Part shown: piece after piece, positions 17,500 through 25,632 of the stretch
How the letters are laid out: every line of letters begins with the position of its first letter
Numbering within the stretch: the stretch's first letter is position 1
IMG/VR virus record: IMGVR_UViG_3300014059_000005
Coordinates: 1-64,000 of that record
Reading direction: 5' to 3' (one strand)
From: a virus
Taxonomy: Duplodnaviria > Caudoviricetes
Length of the DNA: 64,000 nucleotides
The notes under the pieces: generated by a model
The model's input: only the letters and a program-made list of their open reading frames with translations
Database searches by the model: none
What the model was told of the DNA's origin: nothing
Position numbers and translations under genes: made by a program

Positions 17500-17507
17500 G
17501 ATTTCCT

Positions 17508-19637
17508 ATGGCTATCCCAACTTCTCCCAGTACCCCCACCTCCGCTAATTCTCCTGCCAATCCCCCAGTAACTTCGGACATGCGTCCCATCTACATCACG
17601 GGGTTGGATCTTGGTCAGCAGAACGACTACTCGGCACTCACCGTGACCGAAAGGACCATGTGGGGGGAGAAGCCACGCTATTCGGTACGGCATCTGGTCC
17701 GTTGGCCTCTTCAGACTCCCTATACCACCATCGTCGAGGACGTGGTCAAGATATTCTCCCGACCACCTCTCACCGGGACCATCCTCTGTGTCGATGCCAC
17801 TGGGGTCGGCAAGGCCGTCGTGGATCTTCTGAGAGCCTCCAGGCCCGAGGCCAGGATCTCTCCCATCGTCATCACCTCGGGGCACTACGCAGCACGGGTG
17901 GAGTCCCAGTGGTCCGTACCCAAGAAGGATCTGGTAGCAGTCCTTCAGGTATTGCTCTCCTCGCGCAGGTTCCAGATCGCCTCTGGATTACCCCATGCCC
18001 GCACTCTGGCCAAGGAGTTAGCTGCATTTCGGGTCAAAATCAAGTCCACCACGGGGAAGGAAGTGTTCGAGTGTCTGGTGGCCGGAACCCTTGTTATAAC
18101 GGATCGTGGGTATATACCTATCGAAGAAGTAACCACCAAAGATAGGGTATTAACTCGTAAAGGTTATCGGAGAGTTCTATGGTCGGGTCCAACCAAAAAG
18201 ATATCGAGAATCGCCACGCTGATGCTGGCGAACGGGGAGTCGATACAGGGAACTCCGGACCATCTTGTGTGGACGACCAACAGGGGGTGGGTTCCCCTGG
18301 GAGACCTTCGGTGCGGACAAACTCTGGGCCTAGGAAGACTACAACCAAATCCGTCGTATTCGATGGTGTGGAGTACAGACGACCCCCCAGTACGCACTAC
18401 TATTTGGGTGTTGGAACCCGTAGACGGCTGCACCGTGTCGTGTGGGAGTTCCACAACGGACCCATCCCAGAGGGAATGCACATACACCACAGGGATGGAG
18501 ACTTCGACAACAATGATATCTCCAATCTCCAGTGTGTCGCCCCAGACGAACACGCGAAGATTCACCATCCGAAGTATCCTCCGAGGCATCGGAAGTGTTT
18601 TGGATGCGGTGAAAAGTTTCTGGTCAAGAAGGCCGATCGGGAACGGCATTGTTCGATCCGATGCTACATGCAAGCCAGGCCCCCACGAGACTTCGTCTGT
18701 GTCTGGTGCAAACAGGAGTTCTCCACCTCTGGGTATGGTCGCTACGGACAGATCGTCAAGTTCTGCTCGGATGCTTGCGGAGAGGCGTACCGATACCGGA
18801 ATCGAAACTATCCAACCAGACAGTGTGCTCACTGCGGAAAGGACTTCCTGGCCAGGTACAAGAAAGCCAAGTTTTGTTCCCGTGGTTGTGCAGGCGTTGG
18901 ACGTGACCGAGTGTTTGGAAACACAGGTGTATGATCTGTCCGTGGAGGAGCATCCCGAATTTTTTGCTAACGGTACACTTGTACACAATTCGTGGAGGGA
19001 ACGCGACCACGATGACATGGTGTTGTCAGTGGCAATGGCACTCTGGTATGGAGAGCGTGGGTCCCTGACTCAGCCCTTGCGGATCATCGTTCCCGGCAAG
19101 AGCAAGGAAAGGGCCAAGAAACTCAGGATCGTGGTGGCCACAGGTCCCGAACTCGCTGAGACCGTGATCGAGGATCTGCGGACCCTTCTGGTTTGTGTGC
19201 ATGATCCAGCTTCCAACGAGGGCGAGGACTGGTTCACCAATCCTCCCAAGCACGGCATCGACAAGAAGGTATTCCTGGGATCGCTCCATTTACCCTTCCT
19301 GCGCATGGAACCCCAGGACTATCAGGATACCTGGCTCGATACCATACCGCCCTGGAACCGCACTCCACCTGAATTGATGATGTCCAGAGAGCATGGCAAA
19401 CTCCTGTGGAAGTTCTTGCTCCAGAAGCGTCCCGAGCCCTGGGAGATCCTCGTCTTCTGGGACAATGGGGATGGTAGGGCTTTGTCTCTGGCCTACGGGA
19501 TCTGTGCCGCTCTGGGACTGCCCCGCAGTCGCACCATCTACTGTGTGGGTAATCCTGATTTCGATCTATCGCAGGATCCCCCGAGCAAGTTCATCGTCGA
19601 GCAGACCAAGCTCTGCCGCAACATGATCGTGGGATAA
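17508..19637 (+). CDS. terminase large subunit, nuclease domain (intein-containing) with C-terminal extension
   Basis: ITGLDLGQQND, VDATGVG, and after splicing FE|SWRERDHDDMVLSVAMA (RNase H-fold acidic residues). Confidence 0.8.
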   Translation: MAIPTSPSTPTSANSPANPPVTSDMRPIYITGLDLGQQNDYSALTVTERTMWGEKPRYSVRHLVRWPLQTPYTTIVEDVVKIFSRPPLTGTILCVDATGVGKAVVDLLRASRPEARISPIVITSGHYAARVESQWSVPKKDLVAVLQVLLSSRRFQIASGLPHARTLAKELAAFRVKIKSTTGKEVFECLVAGTLVITDRGYIPIEEVTTKDRVLTRKGYRRVLWSGPTKKISRIATLMLANGESIQGTPDHLVWTTNRGWVPLGDLRCGQTLGLGRLQPNPSYSMVWSTDDPPVRTTIWVLEPVDGCTVSCGSSTTDPSQRECTYTTGMETSTTMISPISSVSPQTNTRRFTIRSILRGIGSVLDAVKSFWSRRPIGNGIVRSDATCKPGPHETSSVSGANRSSPPLGMVATDRSSSSARMLAERRTDTGIETIQPDSVLTAERTSWPGTRKPSFVPVVVQALDVTECLETQVYDLSVEEHPEFFANGTLVHNSWRERDHDDMVLSVAMALWYGERGSLTQPLRIIVPGKSKERAKKLRIVVATGPELAETVIEDLRTLLVCVHDPASNEGEDWFTNPPKHGIDKKVFLGSLHLPFLRMEPQDYQDTWLDTIPPWNRTPPELMMSREHGKLLWKFLLQKRPEPWEILVFWDNGDGRALSLAYGICAALGLPRSRTIYCVGNPDFDLSQDPPSKFIVEQTKLCRNMIVG
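18072..18989 (+). mobile_element. intein (306 aa) in terminase nuclease
   Basis: Starts CLVAGTLVIT, block B GTPDHLVWT, ends VYDLSVEEHPEFFANGTLVHN, followed by Ser. Confidence 0.9.
18179..18934 (+). CDS. HNH homing endonuclease with Cys-rich zinc-finger repeats, nested out of frame inside the intein
   Basis: RLHRVVWEFHNGPIPEGMHIHHRDGDFDNNDISNLQCV, then repeated CxxC...(F/H)CSxxC. True start uncertain. Confidence 0.8.
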   Translation: MVGSNQKDIENRHADAGERGVDTGNSGPSCVDDQQGVGSPGRPSVRTNSGPRKTTTKSVVFDGVEYRRPPSTHYYLGVGTRRRLHRVVWEFHNGPIPEGMHIHHRDGDFDNNDISNLQCVAPDEHAKIHHPKYPPRHRKCFGCGEKFLVKKADRERHCSIRCYMQARPPRDFVCVWCKQEFSTSGYGRYGQIVKFCSDACGEAYRYRNRNYPTRQCAHCGKDFLARYKKAKFCSRGCAGVGRDRVFGNTGV

Positions 19638-19652
19638 CTTTGTGGGATATCT

Positions 19653-20060
19653 ATGAAGCGTTTTAGCGTTCGGGATTGCTGGGGGATCCATCACGAGAGG
19701 GGTATTAGACATCGCTCTTTCTATGATTCGTGCGAGGAAGAGGAATCGAATCCTGGTCGAAGTTGTATTGGTGATGGTGGGACACCGACAGGAATGCAAT
19801 TCAGAGTATTCGAGTTTGGGTTCTACGAAAGGGTGTTCTCCTGGGCGGATCACAGTCGTTCCGATAGCGGGGCGGATTACTCGGTAAGTACACCGCTATC
19901 GTCTCTGATGGATGGAGTCCCAGTGACCAGCGAATTCAACGATACTTCGACCAGCGGAACCGATATCATACGAATGAATGCAGATGACGAGTCCTATCTC
20001 GGTTTTGTCGAGAGCAGGCATAGCGAACTGGGCTCTGGAAGATTGTCCCCGAATAATTGA
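19653..20060 (+). CDS. Ser/Asp-rich MKRF-family protein 1
   Basis: Begins MKRF like the next two genes. Confidence 0.55.
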   Translation: MKRFSVRDCWGIHHERGIRHRSFYDSCEEEESNPGRSCIGDGGTPTGMQFRVFEFGFYERVFSWADHSRSDSGADYSVSTPLSSLMDGVPVTSEFNDTSTSGTDIIRMNADDESYLGFVESRHSELGSGRLSPNN

Positions 20061-20158
20061 GCCTGGAAACACCTTCATAATTTGACTTTCTCGGTTTCTG
20101 TGGCATATTTGGACCATCGTGCGCCTGGTAAGAATCTGGCAAGAGCGTAGGAGGTCCC

Positions 20159-20449
20159 GTGAAACGATTCCGACAAGGTCCCAGACGATATAGCAATCCT
20201 TATAGTGGCTACATATCCTCAGAGGACTATCTCCGTAACTGCTCGCGGAGTGATAGCGTTGGGGACAGTCATACCGGGAGTCTGTTGGAATCCGCATCTA
20301 TGGAGGTGGGATGGAGCAGGACTGCGATATCCGAAATGGATACACCCCCGGATAGTGTGTCTTTGAGTAATGAGAGAGTGGCCGAAAATGGGTGCCACCA
20401 CCCAGTAATATATTTTGACTGCTTTAGCTATCTGGGGTCTCGGGAATGA
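20159..20449 (+). CDS. Ser/Asp-rich MKRF-family protein 2
   Basis: AGGAGG RBS, GTG start, promoter 20082. Confidence 0.6.
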   Translation: MKRFRQGPRRYSNPYSGYISSEDYLRNCSRSDSVGDSHTGSLLESASMEVGWSRTAISEMDTPPDSVSLSNERVAENGCHHPVIYFDCFSYLGSRE

Positions 20450-20742
20450 AACGATTTCAGTATCGTGGTGAGCGGGTGGTATCCAGTGGTTATGGGTCTG
20501 GAGAAGAGGATCCAAGACTGTGGTGGGGTATATCCGAGATGCTCCATGATAGATCCGTGTCCGATTATGGCTATGTTGGAAGCTCTCTGAGCCAGAGTGG
20601 CAGTGACAACGTCAAGGATCGTACTGATTATTATTCCTTCCAGGAAGCATTCCAGGATCATTACAGCCTGCCGGAGTCGGGGGGCGATGAGGATTATCCG
20701 CCTGGGATTTCGGTGAGTCTGCCGGGAGAATGGCCGGATTGA
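20446..20742 (+). CDS. Ser/Asp-rich MKRF-family protein 3
   Basis: ATGA overlap with the previous gene. Confidence 0.6.
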   Translation: MKRFQYRGERVVSSGYGSGEEDPRLWWGISEMLHDRSVSDYGYVGSSLSQSGSDNVKDRTDYYSFQEAFQDHYSLPESGGDEDYPPGISVSLPGEWPD

Positions 20743-20857
20743 TACTTTGATTTGACTTTTTGAAAACGTGAGGCATAGTTGTTCCATCGAAACAACTAAA
20801 TCGATCAAATCGAAATGATCAGATCGAGACAACTATCCCTCACAGGCGAGAGAGTAG

Positions 20858-21496
20858 ATGGAACTGACCGATCGTATTCTGAGACTTCCCAAGGTGGTCG
20901 CCCTCAAGTATCTGGGCGGCAAGTATCGCAGTCGTAGGCGGGTGGATTGGCTCCTGGAGGAACTGGAAGGTGAGTGTAATCTGGCTCTGGTGCGGGCGAT
21001 ACACTCCTACGACCCGACCAAGGACTCCCGGGCCGACTCTCCCAATGCAGGGGAGACCTTTCTCTGGAAATGTGTCCACAATGCTGCCAAGAGATTCCTT
21101 CTGTGCCACTTCTACACCGGGGTCCTCCGGGAGGCACGGATTACCGATGTCTACATCCCCACGACGAAGGATGATGATCGGGATGCACGCTCGGCCCATC
21201 GAAATTACACCTACAAGCTGGAGACACTGACCGCCAGGGACTCCATCCGCAGCTGCTCGGATGCCGACTTCGAGAGTGGCATCGACAGCATCGACGCCCG
21301 GGAGATGTGTCAGAGGATTCGGCATCTGGTGCGTCCCCAGGATTGGCGGTTGTTGTGGATGCACTACGCCGAAGGCATGACCTATCTGGAGATGGGAGCC
21401 GTCCTGGGGAAGCCTCGATCGACCGTGGAAAAGGCCATGAAGACATGCCTGTTCAAACTGCGTGCATTTCTGCGTTCGTGCGACGTTCGGTACTAA
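20858..21496 (+). CDS. sigma70-family RNA polymerase sigma factor
   Basis: Region-2-like LALVRAIHSYDP. Region-4 HTH YAEGMTYLEMGAVLGKPRSTVEKAMKTCLFKLR. Confidence 0.7.
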   Translation: MELTDRILRLPKVVALKYLGGKYRSRRRVDWLLEELEGECNLALVRAIHSYDPTKDSRADSPNAGETFLWKCVHNAAKRFLLCHFYTGVLREARITDVYIPTTKDDDRDARSAHRNYTYKLETLTARDSIRSCSDADFESGIDSIDAREMCQRIRHLVRPQDWRLLWMHYAEGMTYLEMGAVLGKPRSTVEKAMKTCLFKLRAFLRSCDVRY

Positions 21497-21511
21497 TGGA
21501 GGGAGTGTAGC

Positions 21512-22069
21512 ATGGAAAAGTCTGTCGTCATGGGGAAGGTAACGGCACTGGACATGGTCCAGGATCATCCCAGATTCCATTCACGGGCGGTGATCCAGTC
21601 CCCCGATGGGCTGGCTCAGATCGTCTTTCTGGGTTTCGACCCCCAGGACGCCCCCTGCAAGGTCGGGGACTCGATCGCCATCGAGGCCGAGTCTCTGGGT
21701 GGGGGTGAGTGGATTGGTTACGATCACACTCTGGTCCCCTGCCACATTGCCGATTCTCGTATCCAGTATCCTCCCCAGCAGGGCGAGGAGGAGATCCTGG
21801 TCGTCGAGTCGATGTCCGGGGATACGGTCAAGTTCTACTTTCTCGTCAAGGACACTGCCCGGCTCTACGGCATCGACGCTCCTCCCATGCACGGTGAGTC
21901 CCGTGATGCCGCGATTGCCGCCAGGAAGCATCTGGAGTCCCTGATCGAGAAGGGTAAGGTCTACAAGGCCCGGTTCTATGGCAAGGATCGCTATGGTAGG
22001 ACTCTTTTGTCTCTGGGGGACGTGGCCCAGAAGATGCTGGACTCTGGCCTCGTCAAGCCCTGGAACTGA
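21512..22069 (+). CDS. thermonuclease (SNase-like) family protein
   Basis: GDTV...RLYGIDAP...DRYGRTL motifs. Confidence 0.75.
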   Translation: MEKSVVMGKVTALDMVQDHPRFHSRAVIQSPDGLAQIVFLGFDPQDAPCKVGDSIAIEAESLGGGEWIGYDHTLVPCHIADSRIQYPPQQGEEEILVVESMSGDTVKFYFLVKDTARLYGIDAPPMHGESRDAAIAARKHLESLIEKGKVYKARFYGKDRYGRTLLSLGDVAQKMLDSGLVKPWN

Positions 22070-22304
22070 TTCTGGGGTTAATTCGTTTCTCTTGCAAAGG
22101 CATGGAAGTTAGAATGCTCGATACCCGAGACGTGGCAAGGAAGTCCGAGGAAGCCAGAAGGGAAGCCAGACGGGCTGCCCGGGTCCTCGAACAAATCATC
22201 GAATATCTGGATCTCTACGGACCAGAAAGCACCCAGAAGGAGGAACCCATGTCCAATACGGCTGATAATGATTTTACGATAGACCCAAAACCCGTGAGGA
22301 AATA

Positions 22305-22586
22305 GTGAACATCGCAACGCTCCGAAATTGGTGGAATCTCTACGTTCATATGTTTCTCTTGTTGGCGGTCTCCGTGCTGACCACGATAGCCGTCTACAAG
22401 ATAACGCAAATCGATCCCGATCTGTCCTGGTTGGGATCGCTCTCCGAGAGTAGCCAATCTCTCCGAGAACATGCCATTCGCGACATGGAGCGTTGCCGTA
22501 GTAAGATGGGGAACACCCCGACATCCCAGTGGCCCAAATTGACTCGGGATCGCTATGAGCTATCCCGAGCTATCGTGGAGAACTAA
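22305..22586 (+). CDS. small membrane-anchored protein
   Basis: N-terminal TM segment. Confidence 0.5.
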   Translation: MNIATLRNWWNLYVHMFLLLAVSVLTTIAVYKITQIDPDLSWLGSLSESSQSLREHAIRDMERCRSKMGNTPTSQWPKLTRDRYELSRAIVEN

Positions 22587-22603
22587 TAGAAGAGGGTTTG
22601 TAG

Positions 22604-23047
22604 GTGTCCATCAAGAAGATGTTGCTCGATACCGTGCGGACGATCGAGGATTCCGTGGGATCCAATGATCCTGAGTCCCTTCGCAAGGCACTATCGACCG
22701 TCGCCATCCGCCTGGAGACGATGGCCGAGATGCTTCCCGAGGAATCCCCGCAAAGGCACTTCGATTCCAATACCATGATCGGTCCCGGTCTCCTCGACGG
22801 GTCGGTCCCGGGCGTCCCCGAAAGCGTCCAGAAGGCCATTCTGCGACAGCAGAATCGACTCCAGGAGATTTCCCCCCAGGTTCGTCGGGAGGAGTCTTCT
22901 GGGGGTCTGTACGAATTCGTGGGAGGTCCTATGGACGGGACGTATTCCCCGGTCAATGGATCGCCTCCTGTGGGGGCTCGGGTGCAACTGGGACAGACCG
23001 TGTACGAGATGCGCAACGATAGCAGGTTCCATGCCCTGATCTCCTGA
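22604..23047 (+). CDS. hypothetical protein
   Basis: 147-aa ORF, FVGGPMDG motif. Confidence 0.6.
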   Translation: MSIKKMLLDTVRTIEDSVGSNDPESLRKALSTVAIRLETMAEMLPEESPQRHFDSNTMIGPGLLDGSVPGVPESVQKAILRQQNRLQEISPQVRREESSGGLYEFVGGPMDGTYSPVNGSPPVGARVQLGQTVYEMRNDSRFHALIS

Positions 23048-23182
23048 CCTGATTCCCTGACCTGATCTCCTGACTTCTCCAGGGGATATATCCAATGACT
23101 GAAAAGGCTGATATGGGTAAGATGGGGGTATTCGGATCTGCTCCGTAAAGCACACAGATTTCGGTCAACCCCCCAGGGGAAC

Positions 23183-23527
23183 ATGATGGACAACATCCTC
23201 AATCCGCTTCTCAATTTTGGGATCGGGGGCTGCATGGCGGCAGCCGTTCTCTACTACCTCTATGCAGTTACCAGCAAGACCATACCGGATATTCTCGCTA
23301 GACATCGCGAGGATATGATCCGACTGGAGGACCGCTCCGATAAGCGGGATGTGTCCTTCCAGAGGGCACTGGAGGCAGTTTGCGATCGCATGGAGAACCT
23401 GGACGACAATCTCTCCTCCTTGCGGAATGAACTGGCCACCGGGGGCTGCCCCGCTGTCAACACGAACTATCACAGGAAGTCGCCAACAACCACGGCGGTG
23501 GCCGTGGTTCCAAGAAGGGACCACTAG
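23183..23527 (+). CDS. putative holin-like protein (one TM plus coiled coil)
   Basis: LLNFGIGGCMAAAVLYYLY then a heptad region. Architecture resembles BhlA/UviB. Confidence 0.4.
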   Translation: MMDNILNPLLNFGIGGCMAAAVLYYLYAVTSKTIPDILARHREDMIRLEDRSDKRDVSFQRALEAVCDRMENLDDNLSSLRNELATGGCPAVNTNYHRKSPTTTAVAVVPRRDH

Positions 23528-23556
23528 GGGTCGCCTAGTTACCACAGGAGGAATCT

Positions 23557-24201
23557 ATGTTCCAGGATTTCATGGCGGAAGTCTCGCAGTTGCCCCAGGC
23601 ATGGGGGATCGCTGGTTGGGTTCGGGATGCCCTTTCGGGGGATCCGGACTGGAGGAGCTTTATCGTCTCCGCTGCGATCGCGATTGCCAGTTTGAGCCTC
23701 CTCAAATTCCTCTCCTTCACCGTCCGCAGGGCACTCTCGCTGGCCCATCGGGCGTCTACTGGAATCTACCGCTTCGTGATCCCGATTCCCCCTCCCGAGG
23801 CCCCACCTGACCCCCTGGTCACGGCCCTCAAGTCCTCTCTGGAGGACCCCGAGGCTCTCTGGGATCCCTTCAAGATGACCCTTACCACCGAGAACCTCCA
23901 GATCGTCTTCGGTCGGCATCCAGATGGTTCCTTCTATGTAGGTAAGGCCGTCACCGTCCATGGCAACCCCACCAGTGTCCTCGAAGACCTCGATGGGCCG
24001 GAACTCCTGTGGTTCAATGACGAGGCGGTCAATGTGGTTCGAGGTATCATCCAGAGGGAGACCAACGCACGGCGGCTCCGAACTGCCTTGCAGGTGGTCC
24101 AACCCCTCAAACATTTCGATCCTGCCTCGACTACCCATGTTGCCGATGTCAAACCCTATCAGCCGGTTATCAACAATACCTTGCGCAGGTTGAATTCCTG
24201 A
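23557..24201 (+). CDS. membrane protein
   Basis: AGGAGG RBS, one TM segment. Confidence 0.65.
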   Translation: MFQDFMAEVSQLPQAWGIAGWVRDALSGDPDWRSFIVSAAIAIASLSLLKFLSFTVRRALSLAHRASTGIYRFVIPIPPPEAPPDPLVTALKSSLEDPEALWDPFKMTLTTENLQIVFGRHPDGSFYVGKAVTVHGNPTSVLEDLDGPELLWFNDEAVNVVRGIIQRETNARRLRTALQVVQPLKHFDPASTTHVADVKPYQPVINNTLRRLNS

Positions 24202-24348
24202 TAAGATGCTCGTCCCGTCTTTCACGGTCTCTTTATCTATCGCCCATTTCCCAACTCCCAAAATTCGGCTAGGATAGGGGTATCTATGGCGCAATGTCGC
24301 TATCCGAGTCAAAGTCCGACACCGGATTCCAACCAGGGAGACACTCTA

Positions 24349-24540
24349 ATGGGCACCTTGTGGCAGATCCTCGGGGGGCAACTGGCAACTGCTCTTCAGC
24401 CGCTCCTCAAGCAGATCGTCGATACCGTTCTCAAGAACTTGCTGACCCAACTCACGAAGAACCTGCCCACGGGTACGCAGATGTCCACCTTCGTCGATAC
24501 CGATCAGGTGGTCCAGGACACACTCAAGGAACTCCTGTAA
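24349..24540 (+). CDS. small amphipathic protein
   Basis: GGGAG RBS, MGTLWQILGG... Confidence 0.55.
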   Translation: MGTLWQILGGQLATALQPLLKQIVDTVLKNLLTQLTKNLPTGTQMSTFVDTDQVVQDTLKELL

Positions 24541-24597
24541 GAGGAACTCCTGTAAGAGGAACTCCTGTAAGAGGAACTCCTGTAAGAGGAACTCCTC
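24527..24597. repeat. 15-bp tandem repeat (AGGAACTCCTGTAAG x4 plus partial)
   Basis: Seen directly; duplicates the stop-codon region of the upstream gene. Confidence 0.9.
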
Positions 24598-24738
24598 TGA
24601 GAGTTCTCAGAAATCCGTCACCGGGCGGTGATTCCTCATGACTGCCCGTCCAGGGGATGCCGGTGACTCGGCATCCCCTGCTCTTTGTCCGTAGACAGTT
24701 TCCGATCCCATACGGGACTCATCAGTACGGAGAATGCC

Positions 24739-25575
24739 ATGTCCGACCTCGTCACTGACGCCGTGGGCCGCTTTGGCATCGAGGCGGGCACCGCCTCCCT
24801 GGTGGTCAGTTACCTGACCCATTTCGGTCATCTCGTTGCCGGGGGTACGGATGCCCTGGGCGAGGCCCTTAGACGCTTCCAGCAGAGGCTGTCGTTGCCC
24901 GTGACGGGCGAGCCTGACTCCACCACTCTGCGGGAGATCGTCCAGCCCCGTTGCGGCATGCCCGATCATACCATGATGACCTCGGAGTCCCGCTGGTCCC
25001 AGAAGTCCCTGACCTACTATGTCGAGTCCTACGTCCAGGGGATCCCCACGGGCGACCTCGATGACCTCATCGCCCTGGGGTGGAAACAGTGGGCCGATGT
25101 GGCGGACCTCAAGTTCACCCGGACCAACTCCAAGGGTCAGGCCAATATCGTCGTGGGAACCGGCAAGGGGCGGTCTTCTGGGTTCGATGGCCCTCTGGGC
25201 ACTCTGGCCTGGGCCAATCTGCCCCAGGGTGACAATCGTCAGCTGCAACTCGTCTTCGATCTGGAAGAGAACTGGACCGCCAACGCCAATCAGAACCAGA
25301 GAGCCATCCTTTTCCTCAATGTCATGTGTCACGAGGCTGGGCACGCCCTGGGACTCGATCATACTCAGGCTCGTGGGGCACTCATGTATCCCACCTACGA
25401 TCCCAAGATCACCAAGCCTCAGCCCAATGACGATGTGACCCGGATCCAGTCTCTCTACGGTAAGCCCAAGAGCCCCCCTCCTGGAGAGAACCCCACCGAC
25501 GTGTCTGAAATCTGGATGCGGGACGGCAATGGGCAGTGGGTGGCGGGCTATCAGGTGGGGAAGAAGTTGTTCTGA
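24739..25575 (+). CDS. matrixin (M10) zinc metallopeptidase with PG-binding-like prodomain and cysteine switch
   Basis: EALRRFQQRLSLPVTGEPDSTT, PRCGMPD, FDGPLGTLAWA, HEAGHALGLDH, ALMYP Met-turn. Confidence 0.9.
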   Translation: MSDLVTDAVGRFGIEAGTASLVVSYLTHFGHLVAGGTDALGEALRRFQQRLSLPVTGEPDSTTLREIVQPRCGMPDHTMMTSESRWSQKSLTYYVESYVQGIPTGDLDDLIALGWKQWADVADLKFTRTNSKGQANIVVGTGKGRSSGFDGPLGTLAWANLPQGDNRQLQLVFDLEENWTANANQNQRAILFLNVMCHEAGHALGLDHTQARGALMYPTYDPKITKPQPNDDVTRIQSLYGKPKSPPPGENPTDVSEIWMRDGNGQWVAGYQVGKKLF

Positions 25576-25632
25576 AAAGGCCCTGACGGCCCCCCTGACG
25601 GCCCCCTGGCGGTCTCCTGACAAGGCCCTCTC

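Noticed and set aside
17277-17507. N-terminal extension of the terminase nuclease ORF
   Set aside because: Overlaps the ATPase gene with non-protein-like sequence; ATG 17508 fits better.
24527-24597. Mini-CRISPR
   Set aside because: Head-to-tail 15-mers with no spacers.
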